NCBI RefSeq assembly: GCF_001194135.2
Contig: NC_068982.1
Location: 123,036,007-123,100,006, forward strand
DNA: 64,000 nucleotides
Reading direction: 5' to 3'
Source: Octopus bimaculoides
Lineage: Eukaryota
In this document: piece after piece, positions 1-12,929 of the stretch
Numbering within the stretch: position 1 is the stretch's first letter
Layout: each line of letters begins with the position of its first letter
Made by a program: the position numbers and the translations under genes
The notes under the pieces: model-generated
Databases searched by the model: none
The model's input: the letters and a program-made list of their open reading frames with translations, nothing else
What the model was told of the DNA's origin: nothing

Positions 1-1345
1 GTTTCTTTACTGAGTATATCTGATGTTTGGCTTCTCATCTAGTTATCTGATATTGTTCTCATAGTGTTTTAGCTTTCATGGCTCTTTCTAGCATGTCACT
101 TTCAATTGTGCTGGAACTTTGGTCCCACAGATCTGGTCTGTGACTCACTGCAAGTTGTCTCATTGAAGCTCCCAATTATCCTCAACATTTATAGATTTCT
201 TTTGAGCCTTGTGCCTAGAGTAGAAAAGAACATTTATAGATTTCTATTTTCTCCTTCTTCTTAACATAAATATCACCAAATACTTCTTCGAATATACATC
301 TGGCTCAAGAATCTGTCCCCATTTCTTCCTTCTCCAGATTGTCTTTTGCTTAACACTTACCTGCTTTGATATCACTAATCAGAGTATTCCAAGTGGGACA
401 TTTTTCACTGGAGAAAATGGAGAAAATATAGTATTGACAAGTATCTATCTATTCCATTTATTCTTGAGTATTCTATCTAATTTGCACATTTACCTGTGTA
501 GTTTGTGATTAGTTAGCTGGTTGTTTCCTGAAATTAGTGTTTCAGATGGTGAGTCATTTGCATCACAAAACTCCATGAGCCTTGATCTCTTAATTCCAGG
601 CATTAAGCCATAGTCTCCATATACTTGGAACAATTATTATAGTGTTGCTCAGCATATCCATTAAAGTCACCAGTTGGAATAATCAGGACCCTGTCATCTA
701 TTGTGAAGATAATGCACAAGAGAGGCCCTTAGAAATGGTCATTTTGCTCATCTGTAAATCCTGATTGTGATGCATATGCAGAGATCACTACTGTTGCATT
801 TCCTATAAGTTGTCCAAGTTTAATTATTTTGTCACATTCTCTGACTACCTCACTTACTTTATCTATGCATTTATGCATTACTTTGCCAATAACATGCCAA
901 CTCTAACCACCCTAGTTTTGTTATTCACGCAGAAGGATGTGTACTGATATTTCTGGCCTGTGAAGAGTCTGATTAAAACTCCCCTCCATTTTGACTTTTG
1001 TCCACTTACACTTCCACTCAGCAATTCAACAATTTATCTAAACCAAACTTTCATTATGCCAATGCTTTTAGTGACATCTCTGAGATTTGCATTAAACAGG
1101 GAAAGGAAAATTTCTAATGGTGTCTGAGTTGTTTGGTGTGTATTTTCTACATCTGAAATCACAATTATTTGAGGACACTTAAGTGCTCTCTTGTACAAAG
1201 CCAGATGTTCCCACCTGGCATCTCACTGTTGTACACAACACTAACATGGCAAATGTTAGTCCTATATATGTAATTAGATGTTCTCATTGACTTGATTGTC
1301 ATATTTTCTTGTGTTTTACAGTTGGATACTCTTCCTCTCAGAAAC
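1..1345 (-). mobile_element. Decayed RTE-clade LINE, apurinic endonuclease region
   Basis: Minus-strand motifs with stops and frameshifts: CCVQ (~1220-1235), VISAYASQSG (~765-795), LIIPTGDFNG (~655-690). These are typical APE motifs of RTE LINEs. Confidence 0.7.
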
Positions 1346-1427
1346 AACTTTAAAGCCAGGACTGAGTGAATTTCATTGTGTCACTGGCACAAAAAGGGTT
1401 ATCTAATATGATATTGTCCTCTCTACA

Positions 1428-1860
1428 TCATCAGCATCATCATTTAACATCCGTTTTCCATGCTGGCATGGGTTGAACAGTTTTACAGGAGCTGACAATT
1501 CAGAGAACTGCACCGGGCTCTTTTGTCTGCTTTGGCATGGTTTCTATGGTTCAATGCTCTCCCTAATGCCATGCACTTTACAGAGTATACAGGGTACTTT
1601 TTATGTGGCACCAATGCTGGTGCTCTTTACATGGTACCAGCACCAGCAGGGTTGCCAACTAACTTGACCCCCTAGGCTGGGAGAGGGAGTAGTACTGAGG
1701 GAGGTGACTTTGTGCTGTGCTGATTGAGAGGTTACAGTATTAAAGACGGGTAGAAATAGGTGTCTTACTATACATGAGATAGAATTCGAGCAGGAGAAAA
1801 TGAGTGTTTGTAACTTACCAATGGTGGGTGGCAGGGGTAAGCTGTTGTTGGTTTCACAAA
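1428..1860 (-). mobile_element. RTE LINE 3' UTR/tail fragment
   Basis: Starts CATCAGCATCATCATTTAACATCCGTTTTCCATGCTGGCATGGG, the reverse complement of the family tail seen many times in this window. Confidence 0.75.
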
Positions 1861-2899
1861 CCAGAGATGGTGAAGTCGCCATTAACAGAGTGAAGGCAGT
1901 ATGTCAACTGAGACAATTGTCCCTTTGAGGCAATCTTACTATGTCTGTCAACAGACTCAAGTCGGCTCACAGTTTTTTGTTTTATATTTTTGCATAGGAG
2001 TGGTGGTGACTGGGTAGAAATGTTTTGGAATTGTTATTATTATTGTTTTTGTGTCATGTGAGTGGAAATGATGTGCTGAGCCCTGCATATGCGACAAATA
2101 TTTTATTGTGTTTTTGCTATCAAAGCGTTCACATCTGTTTGGAGGTGGGCATTAAGTAGAGTGAATCAGAAGATTTGTGGAAGAATATAACAATAGGCCT
2201 CTTGTCTCTCATATTACAATAAATTTAAATTTTAAATAAACATCTCATTGGGTATCAGTTCTCACAGGCCGGTCAAAATTCCTTCATTGGCCATAGTTGC
2301 CAATCCCTGGTATTAAGTCATTCAATAACCATTTTTAATTGTTCAGATTTACAGAAACGTTTTGGGTAATTAAATCAGGATTATGTTATCTAGGTAATCG
2401 GGATTAGAATTTACTGCTCAGTAAACATAACTACATAACAATTCTTAACAATTAAATGCAGATTATCTTCCAAATCACATAAAGATAGGTCACTGACACT
2501 TTTGTCTATATATTGTGAAATAACCATTCAACTATTAAAGATTTATCTATTGATAAGAAAGTGAATGAAAAAATGTCACTGTATTGAAATTGCTGTTGTT
2601 AATAACAACACTGTAAAACATGGTATTCTATCATATGTTATCTATAAGGTAATTAATACTAGGGATGGAAGAGAGTTAATCTTAAATAGTTTAAATATTT
2701 TCTCAAGGAAATGTGATCATGAGCTGTTTTTAACTTCCCCTGTTTCTTTCAATTCAGTTTTGAGACAAATGTCATTTAATACTTACTGACATTAATGTAT
2801 GAAGTTTTCTGGAAGTTTGACTTTTGATCTATTCACTTGCAAACAAGCATGGCAATTATGTTTCCTTTTCTTTTCAGATTTATGTTTTCAATTTCAACA

Positions 2900-3260
2900 T
2901 ATGTGTGTGTGTGTGTTGAGAGAAAAGTTGGACATAAGAGGAATCAAATGCAGCGTACCAGAGAGGAGACTACATTGGTTTGGATATGTGATGTGTACGA
3001 ATGAAGACAGCAATATAAAGAAATGCCAATCACTGAAAGCAGATGGTACCTGTGAAAGAGGGAGACCCAGGAAGACATGGGATGGAGTGGTGAGGACCAA
3101 TCTCAGGATATTGGGGCTCACGGAGGAAATGACAATTGACTGAGATGTCTGGCGATATAAGGTTCTAGAGAAAACCCACCCATGTCAGCAAAACTGAGTT
3201 CTAAAAGCATTGTGTTCCACCCACATGTAACAATAAAGTTTTCACTCACCCTACCCCAAA
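2900..3260 (+). mobile_element. RTE LINE C-terminal ORF fragment and 3' end
   Basis: LREKLDIRGIKCSVPERRLHWFGYV...RGRPRKTWDGVV matches the RTE C-terminal RLxWFGHV...RGRPRKTW signature. Confidence 0.8.
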
Positions 3261-4134
3261 AAACTAAATTACACCTCTTCTCCTAAACTGCATCTCTTCT
3301 CTCCCTCACATTTCCTCTTTGTACACTATGATTATTTCCCACTCTCCAATCCTGTCCTCACTGCCTCATTGCTTTCCCCAATCCCTCTATTTACCCAGGT
3401 TCTCCCCAGGCACTGCATTCCCTATCCCCACTTCCTACTTGCACCTTCTTGGCAATACCCTGCCACATATACTATGACTTCCATACCTTGAGAGTATTCC
3501 CTGGCACTTGTGACCATTTCTCTCTCTCTCTCTCTCTTCCTTATTCTTCCATCCCATCTATGCTCTGATCTCCATTCCTTGTGAGTATACCCTGGCACTT
3601 CACCACCATTTCTCTCCTGCTCTCTCTTGCACTCTTGCTGTCTCCCACTCTCTCTCCCTCCTTCTCTTGTTCTCTCTGGCTGGGTAACATTGTATCACCT
3701 GGGTTTGTTTAAAGATGAGAACACAAAGCAAACCTTTTAAGAAATTAAGCATTGTCAGTTGTTCACAGTTAATGTTTTAAGATTCAAACTTAGGATCTAC
3801 CAGCAATTTTAGATCATGATATCGATAATACTACCTGGAAAAAGATATATCAATAAATATAGTTTCACTGAATATATTTACCCAAGGAGTGTAACCAATG
3901 AATTATTTGTGTTTTGAAGTTAACTTAATAATTTCCTGTTAAGACATTCTTATATCAGTAAAGCGTTTGCTAACATACTAAGTGAAATAAGCTTATCTTG
4001 CTAAGTGCAGAAGCAAGGTTATTCTACTTGATAATAAAAATTATATTGCATCCTACTTTTTAACTTTTTAACTACTGATAACTTATGGCGTGCTGTTTAA
4101 TAGATTTTAAGAGTAGAAACTGAAAGCTGAAAAT

Positions 4135-4630
4135 TGTATTGATAAGAAGCTTGCTTTGCAGCCATGTGGTTTTGGGTTCAGTCCCACTGTGCAACACCTT
4201 GGGCAAGAGTCTTCTACTATAACTCTGGATTGACTAATGTCTTGTAAGTGAATCTGGCAGGTGGAAACTGCGTGGCAGCTCAACATCTGTTTTTCTGTGT
4301 ATCTATCTATCTATCTATCTATCTGTCTATCTATCTATCTGTCTGTCTATCTGTCTGTCTGTCTGTCTGTCTATCTACTACATATCTATCTATCTACCTA
4401 GCTATCTATCTATCTGCATGTGTTTGTCCATCCACTCACCCCACACACTATTTGATGACCAGTGCTGGTTTGTTTATGTCCCCATAACTTAGTGGTTCAG
4501 AAAAAGAGATCAATAGAGTAAGTACCAGACTTTAAAAAAAGGTACTGGAATCGATTTCTTTGACTAAACTCCAAAGCTGTGCCCATCATGGTTGCATTCC
4601 AATGACTGAAACAAGTTCAAGATGAAAGAG
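4135..4630 (+). mobile_element. tRNA-headed SINE with internal (TCTA)n/(TCTG)n microsatellite
   Basis: Head AAGAAGCTTGCTTTGCAGCCATGTGGTTTTGGGTTCAGTCCC, core ACCTTGGGCAAG, tail ATGACTGAAACAAG. The same family recurs at ~8520-8860, 15360-15820, 17650-17830, 25130-25505, 34230-34600, 36218-36650, 52910-53190 and 59180-59340. Confidence 0.8.
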
Positions 4631-4967
4631 AGATTTAAATATTTCTGGAGCATGAACTGGGCCATAGTAACACTAATATATATATTAAGGGTAATAAATG
4701 GTAGAAACAGTAGAGTGTTGAACTTGATGTTTTTAATAATTTAGTTCTGATTTCGTATTCTGTTAGAGCTAACTTGCTTTTTGTCCCTTTGTGGTAATTA
4801 AAATAAGTATGGATAATATACTGGAATTGACTAATTGACCTGGTGTATCTATGTCATTGTTTAGTTTTATTTCAAGATTTCTTGCCAATAGAGAAAGAGC
4901 CGCTTTCTAACCTAGATCCAAGGCTCCTTCATTGGAATTTCAACATCAGCAACAGAGTATTTTTGTT

Positions 4968-5674
4968 TGTATGTATGTATGTGTGTATATATGCAAATTT
5001 GTATATTTTACTTTATGTATGTATTCTCATGCATATAGTTGCATATCTAGACATGCTCATATATATTTAAATGATAAACTTCTGGAAAGTTTTACAGATT
5101 TTTACAGTTCCAGTGATGGATTGGATCTGTAGTCTTTGAATTAGCTTTCTCCTTTCTGGTTTTGGGAAGTCTAATTTCTCAAGATTGGCATTTAGGCAGT
5201 GGGTTACATATCCCAAGGCCCCAATAATTACAGGTATAAACCTGAACTTGTAATCTGGATAGAGTAACTGCAGATTTCTCAATAGTTCAGCATAGATATT
5301 CTCTTTTTCACTGATCTTCAGCTTTATGTTAACATCTGCTGGGCAGCTAATTTCTACAACTGTACACAGTTTCTCCTCTCTATCCCAGATCATTATATCA
5401 GGTCTGTTGTACTTACATATTATTGAGGTCTTCACTAGGACATTCCACCAGTACTCCTTTTTATTATGAGTGGCTATGGCTTCTACCATACTGTGGGTTC
5501 TTATTTCATTGTCCTTGGGGTTATCCCTCCAACAGATTTCATTATAAAGTGTCCTAGCTACAAAATCATGTCCCATCAATAGATAATATATTGATGACAT
5601 TTTGGACAACTGCTTATGATGTGGGTAATATCTTCAGTGTTAAATCCACAAAGTCTGCATCAGTTGTCACATTC
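4968..5674 (-). mobile_element. 5'-truncated Dong/R4-clade LINE (CCHC knuckle + restriction-like endonuclease) with (CATA)n tail
   Basis: Minus strand reads *CRLCGFNTEDITHIISSC, then ORF 5067-5609 with RPD-x-E (RPDIMIWDREEKLCTVVEISCP) and PVIIGALG. The 3' UTR runs into CATA repeats. Near-identical to 10270-10975. Confidence 0.85.
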
Positions 5675-5739
5675 TACTTGTCTAACATCAAAATAATAGT
5701 CATTTACTGAGTTACCCCTTTTGTAAGACCAAAACTCAA

Positions 5740-6052
5740 GAAGACCTGTACTCCACAGCAGGAGTGTTAAGGCTACTCCCCCCCCCCCTGATGAAGTGGA
5801 TTGACCTGCAAGAGTCCTGTGCTGGTGCCACATAAAAAGCACTCATGCTGGTGTCATGTAATAGCACTTATGCAGTGTCACATAAAAGCACCCAGCACAT
5901 ACTGTAAAGTGGTTGGCATTAGCAAGCACATCTAGCTGTAGAAATGATGCCAAATCAGACTGGAGCCCTGGTGCAACTATCCAGCTTACCAACTCTGGTC
6001 AAATTGTCCAATCTATGCCAGCATGAAAACTAATGTTAAATGATGATGATGA
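5740..6052 (+). mobile_element. RTE LINE 3' UTR/tail fragment
   Basis: GTGCTGGTGCCACATAAAAAGCAC modules and a terminal TTAAATGATGATGATGAT. Confidence 0.75.
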
Positions 6053-9000
6053 TTCCTCTTGAGACATACTGTCTTTTTTTAATTAGTTTAGAAAATAACA
6101 AAGGATTTGGTAAAAAAAATTTGTAGCTATTAAACTAGTATTGAGAACATAAATTAAAATGAAAGTATGTATAATGAAAGGTTTTAATTTAGATTATTCT
6201 AAAACAGAAAGTTTGTATCATAGAACTAAGGACAGTCTTAGATGGTTTGGTGTGAAAAGGAATAAATTCCTTGTATTGAACTAGCATTCCTATAATGAAA
6301 TAGAAATCATTTGTTTTTCATATTTGATAGTTAATATCTATAGTTTTAGTCTGGGTAGGCACTGCCTACCTTGCCTAGTAATAGGCACATATATGAATTA
6401 TAGCTATGAATTAGTATTTTATTGTAAATGCTAATTGCTCATCCATGAATTTTATTTCAATTAGGTTAGATGAATAAAAGCTGTAATAGATTTTATTTAA
6501 TATCAAAATATCAATACTAGTTTGAACCAATTTATTTCCAGTCAGTAATTCTAAGTTTGGCATATGGCTTAACTTGGTTAGGCTATGTCATTTGATAATG
6601 CTTGGCTAGGATAGGGATTTTAATATTTTATAGATATAAAAGGTTCAGATTGCATGTGATTTAATAAATTGTTGAATAAATTGTCAATATACATCCCTGA
6701 GAAGTATTCATACCAGGAGATACAATGAGAAATCCTAGCAACTACCCAAATGATTAACCAAAATTAATTGAAGTGAAGCAACTTCATCTGTGAATTGAGA
6801 AATGTTTGCAAGAAGTTACCTGCACATAACAACATTTAGCACCTTGTATGAAAAAATGATATCCCACATTGTTGCAAAGAAATGGTTTTTACAGTAATAT
6901 AGCTATTAAATTGGCTAATGGATGATAGAATGTCAAGCTGACAGCAGCAGAATTTAAATTTCAAACTAAAATTTATGTAACTAAATGTCATGATGTATTT
7001 AGGTCAACATCTATTGTTTTGGGCAAGCTAATTGTCAATAAAAGGAGATTTAGGAAGTTGCTTGGAAAAGCAGTGATACATTGGACAATGAAGTCCTTGT
7101 TATATTTTGAAAAGAAAAAAGTTTGAATAGTCACTGCTGGAAAGGCTATGGTCATAAGTCAGGCTGATCCGGACTGACCTGGGGTTAAGAAATTATGACA
7201 AAAACTTCACTAGTCTACTTCATCTTTGTATTTGGTTTGCAAGATTCTTGATGTGAACTTGTGTGTTGAAACAAATCTTGTGTCTTGGGAGGGTTATTAC
7301 ACAAATAATAAACTCACACACACACTGGTTCAATTTCACTCCTTTATTATTAGTCAATTGATAAGTTATCTAGCCAAGTAACTAATCGATCACTTGTTTA
7401 ATCTGTTCATTAAGCAACCAATCAGTTATTTTCATCACCATTCACAACCTTATCAATGACATACCCTCTCTTTTCCAGGTTTGCTTTGAGACTGAAATAA
7501 TGATTTGATTCAGTATGGCATTTTGAATAATAAATGCTGATGGAAGCAAGGTACAGTTGATATACTTGAGCTATTTCTCCTAAATACAAAACAAAAAATT
7601 AATTTTTGACAAATAGAGATAGTAATATTTCAGATACAATCCTGCGACTACACTGTTTTATCACCTCAGCTTATAGAATCTTTTGATGCAGCACAAGTCT
7701 TTATTTCTGTAAAATTCCAATTGATCCTGAGATTATAGGAAGCATTGGTCAAAATGCCTTGCAGTATTTAGTTATGTCACTTTATATTCTGATTTCAATT
7801 CCTGCTAAAGTGAACCTGCTGTTCAGTCTTTCAGGTTTGATAAAATATTAGTAACGTACATGGATTAACTGAGTCAAATGTTTATTACTCTACATTTGAT
7901 GGCCTTGTTCCAATATTCTTAGGATTATTCACCTTAAATTCTACCCTGTATCATATTCTTGATAATAATGTTTGCTAATTCTCCTCCAAAACTTCCTTTA
8001 ACTGAATCTACAAGTATGTTTTTAAGTTCATTATCAGAATAATGCATTGCAAGTGAAAGGTGTCAATTATTTCAACCAACAAAATTCGATAAGGAAATGG
8101 ATTTTTTTTCTTTTTTAGTATCTTTTAGTGTGGAGGAAAAGTAGTGTCTGCAACTCATTAAGGAGCCTCAAAGACTGGTAGTGGGAGGAAGGTATCCCTG
8201 TACAAAAAAAAAAAACCTGGTTAAAATACATGCAACAGAGTAGACTCCACTAAAAGCATTAATGGAACCAGGTGATGGTGTTAAACTGAGTGACAGAGTG
8301 TGTCTAACACCCGAGTAGGACGTAGAAGGATTTGAACACAGAACACAAAGAACTGGAACACATATTGCAAGGCATCTAGTCTGACATTCTTAGAATTTCG
8401 CCAGTCCGCCACCATTGATTGGCAATTTTTTATTGACCTTGAAAGGATGGACAGTAATGTTGATTTGGAGTGAAAACGCATATTATGATTATGTAAAAAT
8501 AATCGAAATAGCAGGCATGACTGTGAGGTTAAGAAGCTTGCTTTATAACCACTGTGTAGCACTTTGGGTAGTTGTCTCGTGCCCTGGGTTAAACAATTCC
8601 TTGTGAGTGGATTTGGTATACAGAAATGGTGTGGAAGCCTATTGTGTATGTTTGTATTTGTCTTCAACCACTGTTTGACAACCAGTGCTGGTATGCTTAC
8701 ATCCCTGTGACTTAGCTGTTCAGCAAAAGAGGCCAATAGAATAAGTACTAGGCTTAAAAAAAAGTCCTAGGGTTGATTTGTTCAACTAAAAAGCCCTTCA
8801 AGGCAGTGTCCCAACATGGCCACAGTCAAATGATTTAACAAATAAAAGATAAAAGATGAGCATTCTGTATATCATACTTAATGTGGATATTCTATTGAAA
8901 GCCACAAAAATTTATAAGTTTCCCATATAAAGATAGAAAAATGAAGATCATGAAAAAGTAAATCATTTTATCAGTTCAAGTTAGAAAAACAATTGATTAT

Positions 9001-9145
9001 ATGTGGAGAAAAATCGCTGTGCAGGGGAGGTAATTAGAATATTTTGGTTCTTGTAATTGTCGGAATACTGAAGGTAAGAGGGACTTATTCCATCTCATGC
9101 AAAAATCTGTGCATGAGATGGAATAGATCCTCCATCCATCCCAAG

Positions 9146-9885
9146 ATGCCAAAACGTAAGTGTAAATTCTGTGATGAGTATTCCAGTGAATGGACATTTA
9201 TCAAACAAGGCAGAAGCTGTTTTGAAGCAAATTGTGGTGTATGTAACTGCACTTTCAGTATTGAACATGGTGGGAAGTCTGATATCAAGCAACACTTAGA
9301 AACAGCAAAGTACAAATGTAGTATTCCCTCTACTTCAAAAGAAGCTGGTAAAATAACAAACTTCTTTATCAAGAAAAATACAGATGAACAGAGTAAAATA
9401 ATAGCCACAGAAGTTGCAATGGCATTTCATACTGTCTGTCATCAGTCATTCAGTTCAAATGGCTGTACAAACGTACTACTACCAATAGTATTTCTTGATT
9501 CAAAAATTACATGCAAATTTTCACGTGCTAGGACTACATGTGCTGCAATAATAAAAAAAATGTTGTAGCTCCATACACTATTGTGGAGATTGTTAAAGAT
9601 ATAAATAACTCTTCTTTTTATGGCATATCTGCAGATGCAAGTAATCACAAGGCTGAGAAAAATTTCTTGTTGATTGTGCAATATTTTTCACATGAAAAGG
9701 GTTTGCTGATAAAGTTATTGCAAGTAAGATCTCTCTCAAATGAGACCTTGGAAACAATAGCAAGCTTCTGCAGAGAGAGCCTCATCGAGTTAGAAATGGA
9801 CATGAAGAAATGTATAGCTTTTGGTGGAGATAACACAAATACTAATTTTGGTGGACATTTGCACATAGGCACTCACAACAATCTT
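9146..9885 (+). pseudogene. hAT-superfamily-like DDE transposase remnant (BED-type zinc finger + start of catalytic core), frameshifted and interrupted
   Basis: MPKRKCKF...CGVCNCTFSIEHGGKSDIKQHLETAKYK (second His replaced by Tyr). After a -1 shift at the A8 run 9553-9560 it reads YGISADASNH...CIAFGGDNTNTNFGG (first two catalytic Asp regions). No TIRs identified. Confidence 0.75.
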
Positions 9886-10975
9886 TTAACCACCAAGTGT
9901 CAAAGTGCATCCCTTGACAAAGTTTGCATACATAAGGCTGATAACATCATAAGACTAGGAAGGCAACTACTTGAGCAACACTCTTTGTCTGATAACCTAG
10001 AATACATGCCCAAAGAAGTCGCACGACTCTACTGCAAGGTATCATCAGATGAAAGGATGAGACTATATGAACAGAAGACTATGCATGGATATGTTACTAG
10101 AAAGCTCTGTGATGATAGTAACATTTATCATCAAAGCAGTTTATCCTGGACCAATAGCCAGATTACTACCTTCCACTTTGAAGGGTATTCGTTTGCAATC
10201 CAGGAACAGGAAATATCAGCCAAGTACTTGATGCACAAAAGAGACAGAGATGCAGGTAAAGCTGTAAAGTGTGACAACTGATGCAGACTTTGTGAAGATA
10301 TCACCCAGATCATAAGCAGTTGTCCGAAAATGTCATCACAGTATTATCTACCAATGAGACATGACGTTACAGCTCTATAATGAAATCCATCAGAAGGATA
10401 ATCCTGAGGACAAAGAAATAAGAACCCACAATATGGTAGAAGCCATAGCCACTCATAATAAAAAAGAATACTGGTGGAATGTATCAGTAAAGACCTCAAT
10501 AAAATGTGAGCGCAACAGACCTAATATAATGATTTGGGATAGAGAAGAGAAACTGTGTACAGTTGTAGAAATTAGCTGCCCAGCAGAGGTTAACATAAAG
10601 CTGAAGATCAGTGAAAAAGAGAACACCTATACTGAACTATTGAGAAATCTGCAGTTACTCTATCCAGATTACAAGTCCAGGTTTATACCTGTAATTATTG
10701 GGGCCCTGGAATATGTAACACACTGCCTAAATACCAGTCTTGAGAAATTTGACTTTCCAAAACCAGAAAGGAGAAAGCTAATTCAAAGACTACAGATCCA
10801 ATCCATCACTGGAACTGTAAAAATCTGTAAAACTTTCCAGAAGTTTATCATTTAAATATATATGAGCATGTCTAGATATGCAACTATATGCATGAGTATA
10901 CGTACATAAAACATACAAATCTGCACATACATACATACGTACATACATACATACATACATACATACATACATACG
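9885..10975 (+). mobile_element. 5'-truncated Dong/R4-clade LINE inserted into the transposase, with (CATA)n tail
   Basis: ...FEGYSFAIQEQEISAKY...CDN*CRLCEDITQIISSCPKMSSQYYLPMRHD, then RLE ORF 10361-10855 (catalytic PD changed to PN), 3' UTR and (TACA)n to ~10974. Confidence 0.85.
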
Positions 10976-11008
10976 GCAAGAAATCTTGAAATAAAGCTGA
11001 ATGAAATA

Positions 11009-11010
<2 letters not shown>

Positions 11011-11052
<42 letters not shown>

Positions 11053-11064
11053 ATCTATTTATCT
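11011..11064. repeat. (ATCT)n microsatellite
   Basis: Direct tandem ATCT run. Confidence 0.9.
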
Positions 11065-11960
11065 AAGTTTCGAAGCTTAACTTTGATGGTGGGTAAGTCG
11101 CTTACAAGTCGTCAAGAATAACGTAGATCGTGAAAAAAAATAAGGTTACTTTACTGATTTATTAACTGAGGTTAAAACTTAAAGCTTATAAGTGACGGTG
11201 CAAGGGAAGTAACTCGGGAATAATCTATTTTTTACCGAGTTTTGTCATTTTTCCGAATAGGGAAAACATGTTATATTTAAATATTCAGACAAAGTAAATT
11301 ATGCATTTATCAATTAATTAATTAGGACATTAGACTATTATATATTTAGTCAAAATGAAATCTTGTTCTAAATTCAAGTTTCGAACAATTTCAATGGAAG
11401 ACATTAGGTACAATGACTTTCTCATGGCATTTTCCCCACCTTGGTTGATTGAAACAGTTAACGGCCTGACAATAATTTTAAGGCTGTTATATACCTCTTT
11501 GTATAACCAGTAATCTCTGTTAAACTCGTTTTTACAGATCCAGTGGGGAAAAAAAGCTTCCAAAACTACGACACCAGTCACCTGAATAACAATTTTGAAT
11601 AGCAACCCACGTAGACTCAACAAATAATAATATTCACGCTAATGCATAGCTGTGTGGCTAAGAAGTTCACTTCCCAATCATGTGAGTTTAAGTTCAATCC
11701 CACTGCTTGGTATATTGGGTCATAGTTCTTTCTGGATTTCATAGAAAGAATTTTTTTTTTAATCCATGAACATAATAGTATGTATCATGCATTTGTATAT
11801 TGTTTCAGATGCCTAAGCATTTGTATATTGTTTCTACTGCCCTCACCAAGCTTTCAGTTATATTTGAACATCTCTTAACAACCTTCACTTGCCGTAGGTT
11901 GCTAGGTGTGTCCCAGCAAGTGATTACACCAAACATACAGATTAAAAGTAATCAACAGTG

Positions 11961-12002
<42 letters not shown>

Positions 12003-12004
<2 letters not shown>

Positions 12005-12458
12005 CAAATGGACAAGAAGTTAGAAAACAATAGACACAACATAGCAATTATAAATAAGGAAAAGCAAAGTAGCTTACTTATCAACCCATCACGTCCATTT
12101 CATTTTAGGATTGTAAAGAAAATGGAAGAAAAACAAAAAATAATACAATCCTTTAAAATTTGAAATTGGAAGAATGTAGAGCATGAGAACAGTAAAGTCA
12201 AGCCTGTGGTTATTGGTGCATTAGGAACAGTAAGCAAAGATATAGACAAATGGCTGAAGGAGATTGAAATAGAATGCCTGGTAGACCTACAACAGAAAGT
12301 TTATCTCTTGGGGACAGCAAGGATTATCAGGAAGGATCTAAACACTTGAAAGACAGCTGAAAACTTGTGGATACCTAAGGTTACAGGCAGTAACATGCTA
12401 CCCACATAAATCCTACCAGGAATAAGACCAAACCTGAATCAAACTAATAATAATAATG

Positions 12459-12522
<64 letters not shown>

Positions 12523-12740
12523 AGCAAAAATATAGATAAATGGTTGAAGATCAGAATAGAATGCCCTGTAGAGCTTCTACAGAAAGTTTGCCTCTAAAAG
12601 ACAGGAAAGATTATCAAGATGGTTATAAGCAATTGAAAGACTATTGGAAGCTTGTGGATACCTAAGGTAAGAGGTAGTAACTCACTACCCACATACATCC
12701 AACCAGGAATAAGACCAAACCCAAGTCAAATCAATAATGA
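12003..12740 (+). mobile_element. Two tandem 3' fragments of a second Dong/R4-type LINE family embedded in (TAA)n
   Basis: KPVVIGALGTVSKDIDKWLKEIEIECLVDLQQKV / LGTARIIRK* (stop ~12346), flanked by (AAT)n at 11961-12002 and 12445-12520. A shorter second copy lies at 12521-12738. Confidence 0.75.
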
Positions 12741-12929
12741 TGGTCACTCCTGACAATTTTGACACATGAGTGGTTGAAGGAGAGGATTTAAAGAGAAGAA
12801 AAGACAAAAACAGAGGGAAAAAGAAAAAAAAATTTTTTTATAAAAGAACAAATCAAGCTGCATCTTATTTGCAATGGATGCATGAATGTAATTTCAGTCT
12901 GGGTATGTATTTTGCTGTGAAGTCACAAT

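Noticed and set aside
7479-7550. AG...GT-bounded segments at ~7479-7550 and ~15871-15937 as exons
   Set aside because: The first has stops in all three frames and the second shows no recognisable coding similarity. A non-coding exon cannot be supported without RNA data.
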